From contig NC_027217.1 of the NCBI RefSeq assembly GCF_000981445.1, positions 1,240,001 through 1,304,000 on the forward strand: a stretch of DNA of 64,000 nucleotides, in the 5' to 3' direction. The stretch is from Babesia bigemina (taxonomy: Eukaryota). Under the pieces are notes generated by a model. It was not told the DNA's origin and ran no database searches. It worked only from the letters and a program-made list of their open reading frames with translations. Positions 14,051 to 26,575 of this stretch are shown here, in pieces. The translations under genes and the position numbers were made by a program. Position 1 is the first letter of the stretch, and each line of letters opens with the position of its first letter.

Positions 14051-17000
14051 ATGGCGCAGGTCCCCAGTCTCCGTTTTCTACGTAATGCGCGAGGCTTCTT
14101 CGTTCTGGCGCTAATTCAATGTCTGATTGGTAGGTTTAATAAAAATACGAATGTTATATTTGAATGTGTAATGATTTTCATGGCTACACACTACGGTAGA
14201 ACACAACATGTTGACACAATGCGTTTTTAATGTGTAAAAATCTTATACACAAATTTTAATACATTGCAGCAAACACCGCTAGTGCCTATCATGCTGGATC
14301 TTCCGCCCAGCGTAACTTATATAAAAATGATTTCTTATCGACGCAACATCCTACTGCATCATTCTTGGCATTAGGTTCGAGGTCTTCATCGAGGAGTCAT
14401 ACACCTATTTTCCTTGAAGACGCTGATACCACCTTTAGCACGATATCAGTGCAGCCTTCGTCGATGAATGTGCAGAGCGTTTTGTCAAGGTACAACAGGC
14501 AGGCTTTGGAGGAACTGAAGGCGCAACCCACTGACAAGTGTTCTGAATGGGAACCGTTGACAAACTGTTCCACAAAGCAAGCGTTACATTGTATGAAGCC
14601 ATTGGATACGAGCATTACCATGCTATGTTTCAATGACACCTGCGGTACCTGGTCGCCTTGGACAATATGCAACAATCAGTTGCAGTATCGCTTCCGCCCC
14701 GAATGTGCTGGTGACAGTATACAATACAGGGAGTGTAGTGGGAATAACTATGCTATTTTCAAGATTGAGGAAGCCAAGCGTCTAGCTAAGGAGAAGGCAG
14801 AACGCGAGGCTAAGGAGAAGGCTGAACGCGAGGCTAAGGAGAAGGCAGAACGCGAGGCTAAGGAGAAGGCAGAACGCGAGGCTAAGGAGAAGGCAGAACG
14901 CGAGGCTAAGGAGAAGGCAGAACGTGAGGCTAAGGAGAAGGCAGAACGCGAGGCTAAGGAGAAGGCAGAACGCGAGGCTAAGGAGAAGGCAGAACGTGAG
15001 GCTAAGGAGAAAGCAGAACGTGAGGCTAAGGAGAAGGCAGAACGTGAGGCTAAGGAGAAAGCAGAACGTGAGGCAAGGGAGAAGGCTGAACGTGAACAGC
15101 GCGAACGCGAAAAGGCTGAACGCGAGGCAAGGGAGAAGGCTGAACGTGAACAGCGTGAACGAGAAAAGGCTGAACGTCTAGCTAGGGAGAAAGCAGAACG
15201 TGAGGCAAGGGAGAAAGCTGAACGTGAACAGCGTGAACGAGAAAAGGCTGAACGCGAGGCAAGGGAGAAGGCTGAACGTGAACAGCGCGAACGCGAAAAG
15301 GCTGAACGTCTAGCTAGGGAGAAAGCAGAACGTGAGGCAAGGGAGAAAGCTGAACGTGAACAGCGTGAACGAGAAAAGGCTGAACGCGAGGCAAGGGAGA
15401 AGGCTGAACGTGAACAGCGCGAACGCGAAAAGGCTGAACGCGAGGCAAGGGAGAAGGCTGAACGTGAACAGCGCGAACGCGAAAAGGCTGAACGTCTAGC
15501 TAGGGAGAAAGCTGAACGTGAACAGCGTGAACGAGAAAAGGCTGAACGCGAGGCAAGGGAGAAGGCTGAACGTGAACAGCGCGAACGCGAAAAGGCTGAA
15601 CGCGAGGCAAGGGAGAAGGCTGAACGTGAACAGCGCGAACGCGAAAAGGCTGAACGTCTAGCTAGGGAGAAAGCTGAACGTGAACAGCGTGAACGAGAAA
15701 AGGCTGAACGCGAGGCAAGGGAGAAGGCTGAACGTGAACAGCGCGAACGCGAAAAGGCTGAACGTCTAGCTAGGGAGAAAGCAGAACGTGAGGCAAGGGA
15801 GAAAGCTGAACGTGAACAGCGTGAACGAGAAAAGGCTGAACGCGAGGCAAGGGAGAAGGCTGAACGTGAACAGCGCGAACGCGAAAAGGCTGAACGTCTA
15901 GCTAGGGAGAAAGCAGAACGTGAGGCAAGGGAGAAAGCTGAACGTGAACAGCGTGAACGAGAAAAGGCTGAACGTCTAGCTAGGGAGAAAGCAGAACGTG
16001 AACAGCGCGAACGCGAAAAGGCTGAACGTCTAGCTAGGGAGAAAGCAGAACGTGAGGCAAGGGAGAAAGCTGAACGTGAACAGCGTGAACGAGAAAAGGC
16101 TGAACGCGAGGCAAGGGAGAAGGCTGAACGTGAACAGCGCGAACGCGAAAAGGCTGAACGCGAGGCAAGGGAGAAGGCTGAACGTGAACAGCGCGAACGC
16201 GAAAAGGCTGAACGTCTAGCTAGGGAGAAAGCTGAACGTGAACAGCGTGAACGAGAAAAGGCTGAACGCGAGGCAAGGGAGAAGGCTGAACGTGAACAGC
16301 GCGAACGCGAAAAGGCTGAACGTCTAGCTAGGGAGAAAGCAGAACGTGAGGCAAGGGAGAAAGCTGAACGTGAACAGCGTGAACGAGAAAAGGCTGAACG
16401 CGAGGCAAGGGAGAAGGCTGAACGTGAACAGCGCGAACGCGAAAAGGCTGAACGTCTAGCTAGGGAGAAAGCAGAACGCGAGGCTAAGGAGAAGGCAGAA
16501 CGCGAGGCTAAGGAGAAGGCAGAACGCGAGGCTAAGGAGAAAGCAGAACGTGAGGCTAAAGAGAAAGCAGAACGTGAGGCTAAGGAGAAAGCAGAACGTG
16601 AGGCTCGTGAAAAGGAGGAGGCTGAACGTCTTGCCCGTGAGCAGGAAGAACGTGAGGCTCGTGAAAAGGAGGAGGCTGAACGTCTTGCCCGTGAGCAGGA
16701 AGAACGTGAGGCTCGTGAAAAGGAGGAGGCTGAACGTCTCGCTCAAGAACAGGCTGAGCGTGAGGCTGAGGAGGCTCGTCGTTTAGCTCAAGAACAGGCT
16801 GATCGTGAAGCTCTTGAAAAGGAGGAGGCTGAACGTCTTGCCCGTGAGCAGGAAGAACGTGAGGCTCGTGAAAAGGAGGAGGCTGAACGTCTCGCTCAAG
16901 AACAGGCTGAGCGTGAGGCTCGTGAAGCTGAAGAGGCCGATCGTCTTGCCCGTGAGCAAGCTGAACGTGAGGCTGAAGAGGCTCGTCGTCTAGCGCAAGA

Positions 17001-17532
17001 ACAGGAAGAACGTGAGGCTCGTGAAGCTGAAGAGGCCGATCGTCGTGCGCGTGAGCAAGCTGAACGTGAGGCTGAGGAGGCTCGTCAAAAGGAGGCCGAA
17101 CGTCTTGAGCATGAGCAGGAAGAGCCCGAAGCTCGTGAACAACAGGATGGGGAATCTATGTCTCCAGAAGAAGCCCGTCCCACACCCTACACCATGGTCA
17201 GGGAGCTGAATGAGGAAGCTTCGCTTGAGGATGAGGAAAAGCAAGAACATGAGCAAAAGGATTCTGAATATGATGAGAAACAGAGTGAAAACAATTCGAA
17301 GTACTCTACTATATCCATGGTAAAACATGCATCCGTAGGTTTAGCTGCCGTTGTTTCCGCTGTTGTCGGTTCCTATGTGTACAGCAAAGGCCCGTCAGCT
17401 GCAGCAGGCTTAGCCAGCGGTGTTGCTGAGCAGGGGTTCGACGACGGAGCGTACGGAGCAAGGAAGGAGGATGACATCGAAACGAAGATACAGCTGGAAG
17501 AGAATTTCTGGGCGGAGGGTGATGACTCTTAG
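14051..17532 (+). CDS. p200-like (200 kDa antigen) repeat membrane protein with TSP1-like N-terminus and acidic Trp tail
   Basis: Signal exon MAQVPSLRFLRNARGFFVLALIQCLI, intron 14130-14269; CSEWEPLTNC...CGTWSPWTIC...QYRFRPEC; ~770 aa of E/R/A/K repeats; TM SVGLAAVVSAVVGSYVY; tail ...LEENFWAEGDDS*. Confidence 0.88.
14781..17110 (+). repeat. Coding tandem repeat array (24-bp and 30-bp units)
   Basis: EAKEKAER / EAREKAER / EQREREKAER / LAREKAER units, followed by EAREKEEAERLAREQEER-type units. Confidence 0.97.
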
Positions 17533-17891
17533 GCTCACTATTGTTAGGTGATTGCACGAAATGTTTATTTTTAGTAAATCGCAAACGGGCCATAATGCTT
17601 GTGCGCAAAGATATTCTTCAACTCACGCCACATTTAAATGTAGTATTTTCAGAGTTATTACGTTAATTATGGACGTAGATGTACCCAATATTCTCGTATT
17701 GCCATTGTTCTTGTTGCATAACAATTTGAGCTACTATCCATTATGTTGACATGCAGTTTATAATAAAATATTGCTGAAAATAGCCTTTGTGATTTTTGTA
17801 CACCGCCGTCCCTCTCTGCCTCCCGTTTTGTCCACAGCTGAGTCCGGTTCAGTGGTGGTTCGATTATTACAACATTTGTGTAAATCCAACA

Positions 17892-18332
17892 ATGAGTATC
17901 ATTAATAACCACGGGACGCTTAATTTACCGCGCATACAGACCGCAATTGGTATAGTGAAATGATATGATGAATATACCTATCAGCATTGGTTATTGCCGT
18001 GTATTGCTCGTCGAAAATGTCCCAGTCAGAATTATGTTCTGATTGGTCTCACTGGGCAGACGTTTCCAGCGTGAAAAACGACTTTGCAATCGCCTACGAA
18101 GATATGCAGTCAGCGTCGGACGTGGTAGTTGAAGTTAATGACTGTACGCTTCTGAATCTCGATCCAATGTCAGGTAAATATCCCCAACGCAGTGATAAAG
18201 AACGCAGAAAACTCACCTAGAATAACCACTACCCGTGTATCTGTGGCATTGGCCGGAGGCATGGTTTGCTCCGTCGGTCTTGCCGCGTCGGTGATCGCCA
18301 CGTACTTCTACACCCGAACATCCCAAGATTAA
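17892..18332 (+). CDS. Small secreted/TM protein, miniature paralog of the p200-like gene
   Basis: Three exons (introns 17950-17984 and ~18174-18207): MSIINNHG...IALVIAVYCSS, ELCSDWSHW, TM VALAGGMVCSVGLAASVIATYFY, stop at 18330-18332. Confidence 0.7.
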
Positions 18333-19623
18333 TCCCCATTACATTTTATCTGGAATCTGAGCACAGCTGAGTGGAACTGTCTGGCTTCGGGAGCGCTTTC
18401 CCAGTAAAATAGTAGTTGGTGTGGAATAAATATCCGAAGGTAAATACAGCCTGTCATTTGTTACAGTTAGTACCTTGAAGCAAACCAACCTGGAAAACAA
18501 ATACTACGAATACGAATGTCTTGCGTAGTGGAGATGAAAACCCTGTAGCTGCGTGGTTCGTCGTATAATAGTTCTCAATATAGGAGCCGAATGACCGCCT
18601 AGTGAAGGAATCCCCAATAACGTCATTGGATCTGCGTGACAGAGATGGACGATGCATTGCGGAAGAACACATTCTGATAGTAGCATGTGTATTGTGTTTG
18701 GCCTTTGCCAGGAGAACAAGCGGAACCGGAAGTCTCAGCGGCATATTTGCTCTGATGTTGACAGTTTCCAACCGCGAAATATAACTAACGTACTAAAAAG
18801 GTATATAACGAGTGTCTTACAGACTAAATTGCGTGAAATGAACACTGGTTACCGATGTCGCGGGATGTATATAGTGCGCATACGACGACACGTCTGTTAC
18901 TCCAGGCGCCTCGCGTAGCAATATACGATGAGTGGCAGAAGGTATTACTGGCAATCCAAAGATACTTTAGCTGCTATTCGGTTTCTTAGAAAGCCGACGT
19001 GACAAATCGCTGTTCGGCATAACCGATTCTTCTGTGAACGTCTACAAGAAGAGCGTTTATATCGCGTAATGCAGTATTTGCGGGAACAATAACAGGTTTC
19101 AAATAATACGGCTGAAATTTACTTGTAGAACCTTTCAGGTGTGTATTCTATCACGTGGTGTACAATGTAATGAGGATGCGTTTTGCAAATCGCGACGCAC
19201 TGTTTTAGTCGGTCGTATAGTACAAACGTTAGTTATTTGTTATACATCAATGAACGCAATGCGTTATGTGTGTTACGCAGCGCGTAGTTTCACACAAAGA
19301 TAACGAATGACCATCCTGGCATGATTACTACCGTCGAGCAAATCGACGGGAGCGCATATGGCCACTTACTGGTAAGCGTGCCGCCTTGCGACGTTTTTTC
19401 ACTGCCGCAGACGGGCGGTGATATAGCTGCGTCGGTCTTTGCTGTCCGGCTTGTGGTGTGGAGTCTGTGACGCGCGGCCTGCGGTGTCATGGGTGCGATA
19501 TAGAGCCGTGCTTCGGGCAATTCGCGATTATTATGCGTTTATAATTCTATTGTAATGCTTGTATATGAATTGTCGTATTGATTCGCACATAAAAGCCGAA
19601 TATCGCAACGTCATATTATCGCA

Positions 19624-20857
19624 ATGTCCAACGCTTCATATCGAGGCCGGGGGGGCAAACGGGCGGGGAATCGTCCTCAGGATGGAAATCTGTACTCGGA
19701 AGTCGCGAAGGGCGAACATAAGAGCCAAGCAGCATCAGACGGAATGTTAGTTGTAGGTTCTGCGTCGAATGAAACGGTGCCGTCCCAGTCGGCCAGTCAC
19801 GGTCGAAAACAGATACAATCGCATCAAAACTCGGACAGTGAGGGAGCGAAGCATGCTACTAAGAAGCACCGAGTTTTGAGTGAGCATGAGCTGGCTAATT
19901 TTCGAACTTCATTTTGTACAAACCATCACCAGAACAAGTGTCCCAACAGCGATTCTTGCGAGAAAAGTCATTGTCTCACATGGCAGCGCAGGAATCCTTA
20001 TGAAATATCGTACTCTCCGCAATTATGCCCTGAGATCCAGTTCGTTAAGAAATCGCGCAAAATGGTTTTGTATCGGCGGTGCACTCGTGGAAAGAATTGC
20101 AACTTTGCACACTCCAAAGAGGAGGAACTATACCACCCCCTGGTGTACAAGACCAAGCAATGTTCTGCATATCCCAAATGTACACGGTACTTTTGTCCAT
20201 TTGTTCATGCGTCATCTGAGATGCGGGATGTCACTGAACTAAAAAGTACAGGCTTGGTTATGCCAAGTGTTTCATCTGATAATGCGGATAAGAGTTTACC
20301 AGCCACTTCACCTTCACATGAGGCTGAACCTGGGGCCACAAAGGAGCATGAAGAAGGATCTGAGGTCCCTAAAACAGGGGATGATATGACTGCAGGATTA
20401 TGGTATGAGCCTCCTAGTCTGTCGGCAATATGTGGATATGATGATGTTACGTTTAAAAACTTATATGGATACGGGTGCGCTGGATTTGCGCAACTTCCCA
20501 CAGACGATTATGCAGCAGATTTCGATATCCAGAATTGCGTTGCGTGGCAGACGTTCTCACCAGGCAATCAGTTTGATGCCCCCTTAATGGAGCATTTCGT
20601 TGACCCAACTCGGTAGGTTTGTATTTACAGCCACTAGACACGTAAGCAGGTACGCTGGCGGCGGCGATTTTGATGCCTTGGGTGGGGTACCGCAGTTCAG
20701 CGATGGTTTGGGGGGACAATTCATACATTTTGTGGGCGCTGACCTTGAAGATCAGTTTGGGGCACTGTCACTACATAAACTTCCCGATGATCCGCTGGAG
20801 AGCTACCCACTTAATGATGTGTTGGTGAAGTTTATGAACGACATAGGTGATAAATAA
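19624..20857 (+). CDS. CCCH zinc-finger protein (unkempt-like)
   Basis: FRTSFC..C..C...[40 protein letters not shown]; intron ~20613-20649. Confidence 0.88.
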
Positions 20858-20879
20858 GATCGTTAAAAAACCAGACGGT

Positions 20880-21600
20880 ATGCATACTAAATATAATCGT
20901 ACTTATTCCGGGTGCTGGGACCGCGAGAAGATTGAGGCAGCGATCAGGAGCAGGCAGGCCGAGTTAGAAGGTGACGCCCCGAAAACGGCCTCCCGCATCC
21001 AGTATTTAAAAAGGAAAATAGCAAAATTAAGGCGTGCGCTAGAGGATGGTACGCCAATTGGAGGTAACATTCTCCCTCAAAAGCGCTCCAAACCTGGGAA
21101 TCCGTCGGCTGCCAAGCGGCCGTGCATCGCGTCCACGGCAAGGAACGACGCGATTCTGGCGAGGCGACATAAGAGAATAAAAAAGATTTGCTTTAAGTGT
21201 TAGTGGCTCGGCAGAAGTTCCATAAATCGCAGGCCGCAAGCGAGGACACACACTGCAGGATTGCGATGAAGGCTCCGTCGGCATTTGTTTTCGTTGCGGT
21301 TCTACGGATCACATTCTTCGTGATTGCATTAAACCTGACGAGGTATGTGACATGTTTTTATGGGATAATTTTCACAGGGTTCGCTACGATTTGCCTCCTG
21401 CTTTGTGTGCGAGCAGACGGGGCACATTGCTTCGCAGTGTCCCCAAAACAACAAAGGCATATATCCCAACGGAGGCGCGTGCTTTTTTTGTGGTTCTGTG
21501 AGTCATCGGAAGGCGGAGTGCGCTGAAAGGAAGAAGAAGGTGGGAGACTGATGTTCCCCTCCAGTTTTCTGACCACCAGATATGCTGTGATTCACCATTT
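20880..21600 (+). CDS. ZCCHC9: Zinc-knuckle protein with four CCHC motifs (ZCCHC9-like; end approximate)
   Basis: Spliced CFKCRKRGHTLQDC, CFRCGSTDHILRDC, CFVCEQTGHIASQC, then KGIYPNGGAC leading into a fourth knuckle ending GSVSHRKAEC. Confidence 0.82.
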
Positions 21601-21790
21601 CCTAGCATATCACAGAAGTGTTAATGGTGTTAGATGTATAAGAGGGTTTAGTGCCATGTTCGTATTATCCACGTGTGGACACGACGTCGGTTTGCTTCCG
21701 TTATACACACACGTTTAATTACAACGAGCTGGTGCACCGCATCAAAAGACGGTAGAATCTTCCATATACATAGGCGAAGATGTGCGCAAA

Positions 21791-23002
21791 ATGGGTGGAC
21801 TGAAAAGTCCAATCGGTCGATTTTTACCAGTATGTGTAAGTTTTTTTTTGCAGAATCCGTCATTCCGTTCGTAGTTCATGTGCCTAATCTTCTTTGTTGT
21901 CTACACGATTTACGTGGAGGTGGGTTAAGGCTTCTGCGTTAAAATACCACCAGTTCGTCTGTATACCCCTTTTCCAACTGGATGTGGATGAGCAATACCG
22001 CCTTTTCAATAAACAAAAAGAGGGGTATCGGCAACTGGTTTACTGTAAGTTCATTAAGGAGACACCCATAGGTTGCAGTTCACGTGCTAGCGTTATTGCT
22101 TGTGTGGTCCTTCGTTATGACCGCAGTTACGGACCCCGGCTACATAACTGGTGAGTTATTACTTACGCAGTCGATGTTACATTCGTCAGACGCATGGAAA
22201 GAAGACGAGACTTCTATATATAGCTGCAAGGAGCGCGGAGAAAATGGCACGTATGCGTCATTACGTAGTTAACGTGCTGCAGGCGAATTTAGATACTGTA
22301 AGAAAGAGGGTTGCTACAAACCTGACCGAGCACACTACTGCCGTCAACTTAGGCGAAATGTGCTGAAAATGGATCACTATTGTCCTTGGGTAGGCACAGA
22401 ATGACTGTGAATTATCGTTCGGAAGGTTGCCAATTGCATAGGATTCTATAACTACAAATTCTTTTTTTTGACACTGTTGTATTCCAACACCACGTGCTGT
22501 TACATACTAAGGAACGTGTACAACGAGTTTATTAAATTGTACTTCGATCCGAATTCCCCCTTCAACAAGCTTTTTTACCTATCATTGATTACGATATTGA
22601 TGCTCGTAATAATTGGGTATGTTTCTGTTCTTTCGCTATCGCTTATGTACCATGCAGGGTCGTGCTCCCGTTCATGTGCTTTCATATCTGGTAATTGACC
22701 AGTTTTACAATCATATGAAATGGCAGGCTCATATTGAGTAACAAGACTACAATCGAATTCTGCGAATTTCAGGCTTCTGGCACGTACAACTACAACCTTG
22801 GAGCACTTGAAAATTTCAAAAGCGTTTTCGTAGGCAAAACGGCAACTTTATTAAAACCTTTTCAGGGTTCCAACGCGTTATACTGGTTTCTTCCCTGCGG
22901 TTACCCGGCTGGTGACGGACTACACTTCCCGGGTATGTTCCGCTGTCTTTCACTTATGAGCGTGTAGACGGCATAAAATATTGTAACCTGATCGCAATCT
23001 AG
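21791..23002 (+). CDS. DHHC-family palmitoyltransferase (DHYC variant; multi-exon)
   Basis: TDPG, EHTTA/HYC..C region, [37 protein letters not shown]. Confidence 0.88.
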
Positions 23003-23007
23003 CAACC

Positions 23008-23849
23008 ATGAACGATTCGAGTAAAAGTGCTGCGTCAGAGGACGATAAAAAATGCATTCCAATTGACCTAACTAAAGAAGATCGAAACACGATTGAGTCA
23101 CAATATGTACACGATCTTTATGAAGAGATTGCACCGCATTTTTCTCACACAAGGTATTTTGTTTGTTACCCCTTCGACAGCATTATCTCCACAGGTATAA
23201 TCAATGGCCTGGAGTGCTGAAGTACATAAACGCGGCGGAGTCGTACTCAACAGTGTTGGACGTTGGTTGCGGCAATGGAAAATATCTTCAGTTTCGCAGC
23301 GATTTGCTGTTTATCGGTGTAGATCGATGTAGTGGCTTACTGAAGCTTGCATATGACTCTAAATGCCCCAACGTCCTTCGTTGCGATTGCTTAAATTTGC
23401 CTTTCCCATCGGAAGTGGCCGATCTCACGCTTTCGATTGCAGTCATCCACCACCTACCATCGGCGGATCAGCGGCGTTCCGCAGTCACAGAGATGCTGCG
23501 GTGCACAAGGTCGGGGGGAAGACTAGTGGTATACGTATGGTAAGTCGTCCACTCTTCAACGGTTAGTGGTATTAGGGCGCGTGAGCAACAGAAGCTTACC
23601 ATCGGTTATCGCAACTTCGAGGGTGGTGATATTTTGGTGCCGTGGCACATGCAGAAAAAGTACATCAAGGACAGACCCATAGATGGTGCATCTACAAAAA
23701 CCACAGGCAGAGCGACAGTTTATCGGTTTTATCACGTTTTCACGCGTGAAGAAGTTGAAGAACTGGGAGCGTCGTTTAATGACGTCGCCAACGTGGACTC
23801 GATCGAATTCGAAGCCAACAATTGGATATTAACGTTAATAAAATTGTGA
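23008..23849 (+). CDS. TRM9/ALKBH8-like tRNA methyltransferase
   Basis: YVHDLYEEIAPHFSHTR, LDVGCGNGKY, SIAVIHHL, YVWAREQ, LVPW, RFYHVF. Confidence 0.92.
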
Positions 23850-24317
23850 TGGGGTCTTCTACGGCCGGTCACCCTTATCGCCAGTATGCGTTTTGGTAAT
23901 GTAACACTTTTTTGCATAATCTTCCGAAATGCACCCTGAGAATGTATTCGCCTAATAATGATGACTGGTGCTACGTGTGGTCTGCTTTTAGTATTCTGTA
24001 AAATTGATTCCTTTTCTCATCGCGATTCCTTGTTCGTGGATGCCCCGGTTGTGCCGGACTGCAAACACAACAAACAATGATAAATTGTCGAACCCTGTTA
24101 AGTTTGATTCAATTGTATTCTCTGGCAAAGAGTTAGCGACAGGAAGACTGAGGTACGTGTGACTTAATATTCTAATACGGTGTACATTATTATATCGCAG
24201 CCTATATATACGCGTGTTCTGCTTCACATCATTATTTCCATTAAATGATACAATCAGACATCATATAGAAAAGCGATATTAAAGCTTGTAGTTAGTGAGT
24301 TGTATTATGAGAGTATG

Positions 24318-25220
24318 CTACTTTCGGCCATGTGCCTTACCCCTGCCGTTTCCTTTTTTTCCTTTATTACCTTTCAATCCTTTGATTGATTTGCCTCCCG
24401 AATCTCGTTTCACTTTTGAATTGCGAAGCTTCGTTTTTTTCGTGGGCTTATTTGTCGCCTTCTCTTTGCGTTGCGGAAGATGCTTTTGCGACTTCATAGC
24501 GGAGCCAGCAGACTTACTTTTGCGTTCATCCATAGAATGATTGTCGATCAACCGATCGATTTGCTTCTCAATTGAATCATTATTTGTGCCGTTCCTGATG
24601 AGGTTATCTACATCTTTGACGAACTTGTTCTTCATCTGCCGTTGCTTCACTTGTTTGTCAAAAACCTTCTTCACTTTCATACTCTGCCTGCGCTTCTTCT
24701 CCTGGATTATGTTCGAACGATTAGCAAGTTTTTTCACTACCCTTGCCATCTGAATATCGGTTTTTACCATGTCAGCATAAAAATCGGACGGACGGTTAAA
24801 ACTGAAACCCATTTTTGCAAGGCGCTGCAATCCTCGCTTTGCACAGTCAGAAGCAATGACCTTAAAGTGTTCCTCTAGCTTTAGGATTTCATTTCGGTTT
24901 AATTCATCACTACATTTTTTCTCGGAGGTGATGTCCAGCGTTTCTACCCAAGGCAAGGCTTTTCCATCGCTTTTCGTTGAGATATCCTTAATCTTGCTCA
25001 GCAGCTCTATACAACATTGCAATAATTATATAAAACCTTACCAGTTTCCTTATATGTGTGCGTGATTTCGTTAGATGTGTCATCTCCCGACGAGTCCTCG
25101 CCAGGGTCGACCAAGTCGTCGCTGTCTACAGGTTTGTTTCAGAAGTAAGAATTCCAACGAACCTATAAAGCGCTCTCCTGGTTTCAACACATATCCCAAC
25201 GCCTTTATCTGCAACGGCAT
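24318..25220 (-). CDS. EBP2: rRNA-processing protein EBP2 (3 exons)
   Basis: LPWVETLDIT, RPSDFYADMVKTDIQMARV, Lys-rich tail; exons join in frame. Confidence 0.9.
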
Positions 25221-25304
25221 TTTGCGATATTAAATCAAGGTGTGACGCGGAGAAATCGTGGGCAAACACGGTGTTGGCGCTCGAAGCATCATTTTCCATT
25301 AGCA

Positions 25305-26567
25305 ATGAAGAAAGGTACGGGGAAAAAATGCAAGAAGTCGGGGACAGAAGAATTAAAGACGGAGCCCGAAGCAAAAAAGCAAGTGCTTTTCATGCTTTCC
25401 TCCAGCCATTCTGCTGAAACCAAGCAGCTTCTGAAAGATCTTTTCCAGTTATGCAAGCCCAGCGGTTTCTTCAGGGAGAACTATCACAACGATGTAGATT
25501 TTGAGGATAACGTGAAGATACAAATAAACCAGTATAACCACCGCATCGCGGCAATGGTTTGCAACCGGATGGATTGTGGACTCTACGTAGTTGCCAGCTC
25601 TAACAAAAAGAGACCTATGGGCATAGGCCTGGGTAGGATCTACGATGGTAAGATGTTGGACTGTTGTCAGCTGCGAGTGACGAAGTATGTGCCTTTCGAT
25701 TTCTTCAAAGGTCCGAATGGTGGGTGCTGATGTATGATAGTTCGTAGGTGCAAAACCGTGTCTCTACTGCTCGTGACGCCGAGTTACTTTTTGTATATGT
25801 ACAATATCCCAAACGTATGCATGTTGATTACTATGGTATTGGCGGTGTATCGTCAGGTATCGCCAATTGCCTTTCGATCGCTCGTCGTTGTTATGCTCAT
25901 GGGAGCCACTTTACATATGGTTCATATGTCGATTACTGCGTGACGTACCCCGTACAATCCAAATAGTGCGATATTTTGGCATATGATTAACTGTGTATCA
26001 TATTATGTAGACCTTGAAATTTCGCACTACTCCTACCCACTCGTCTTGGCGCAGGGTGCCCATTTTGGTGAGGAGAATGGCCCTATGCGCACAACGCGTG
26101 ATATATTACTGGACGTATTCAGACCTCCTGCAACCGGAATGGTGTCTCTAGAAAGCATACAGCAAGTTATCGTACTTACAAGTGTGGACGCAGATGCAAC
26201 CAATACCGCAGATGCGCCCAAGCAAATCCTCTTTCGGCGATATCAAATATTATTTCGCAAGTCAGACGATGACCCCAAGATTCCTAGAGTAGACATGAAA
26301 GAGATAGGTCCTCAAATAGACTTCGAGCTGGTGGATTGCATGGAAGCTGACCCCGAGGTGTTCAAACACGCCACAGCCGTCGCGAGAAAGCCTAAGAAGC
26401 TTGTCTGTGGTGTGGACACCGAAACGTCGACCGCTATCAAACGACGAAAGAACGTATCAACCACAGCGCTTGGCCACACCGAGGGGCGCGTGTACCTCGA
26501 CAGGCAGTCACTAGATAAACTCTACACGCCACACACTAAAACACTGAAATCCAAAAGGAGTGGATAA
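25305..26567 (+). CDS. RPF2: Brix-domain ribosome biogenesis protein RPF2
   Basis: SNKKRP..LGRIYDGKMLD, PRVDMKEIGPQIDF, KNVSTTALGHTEGRVYL; intron 25711-26010. Confidence 0.9.
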
Positions 26568-26575
26568 TTTGAATA

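Noticed and set aside
14781..16600. CRISPR-like regular repeats
   Set aside because: In-frame coding tandem repeats with no unique spacers; eukaryotic context
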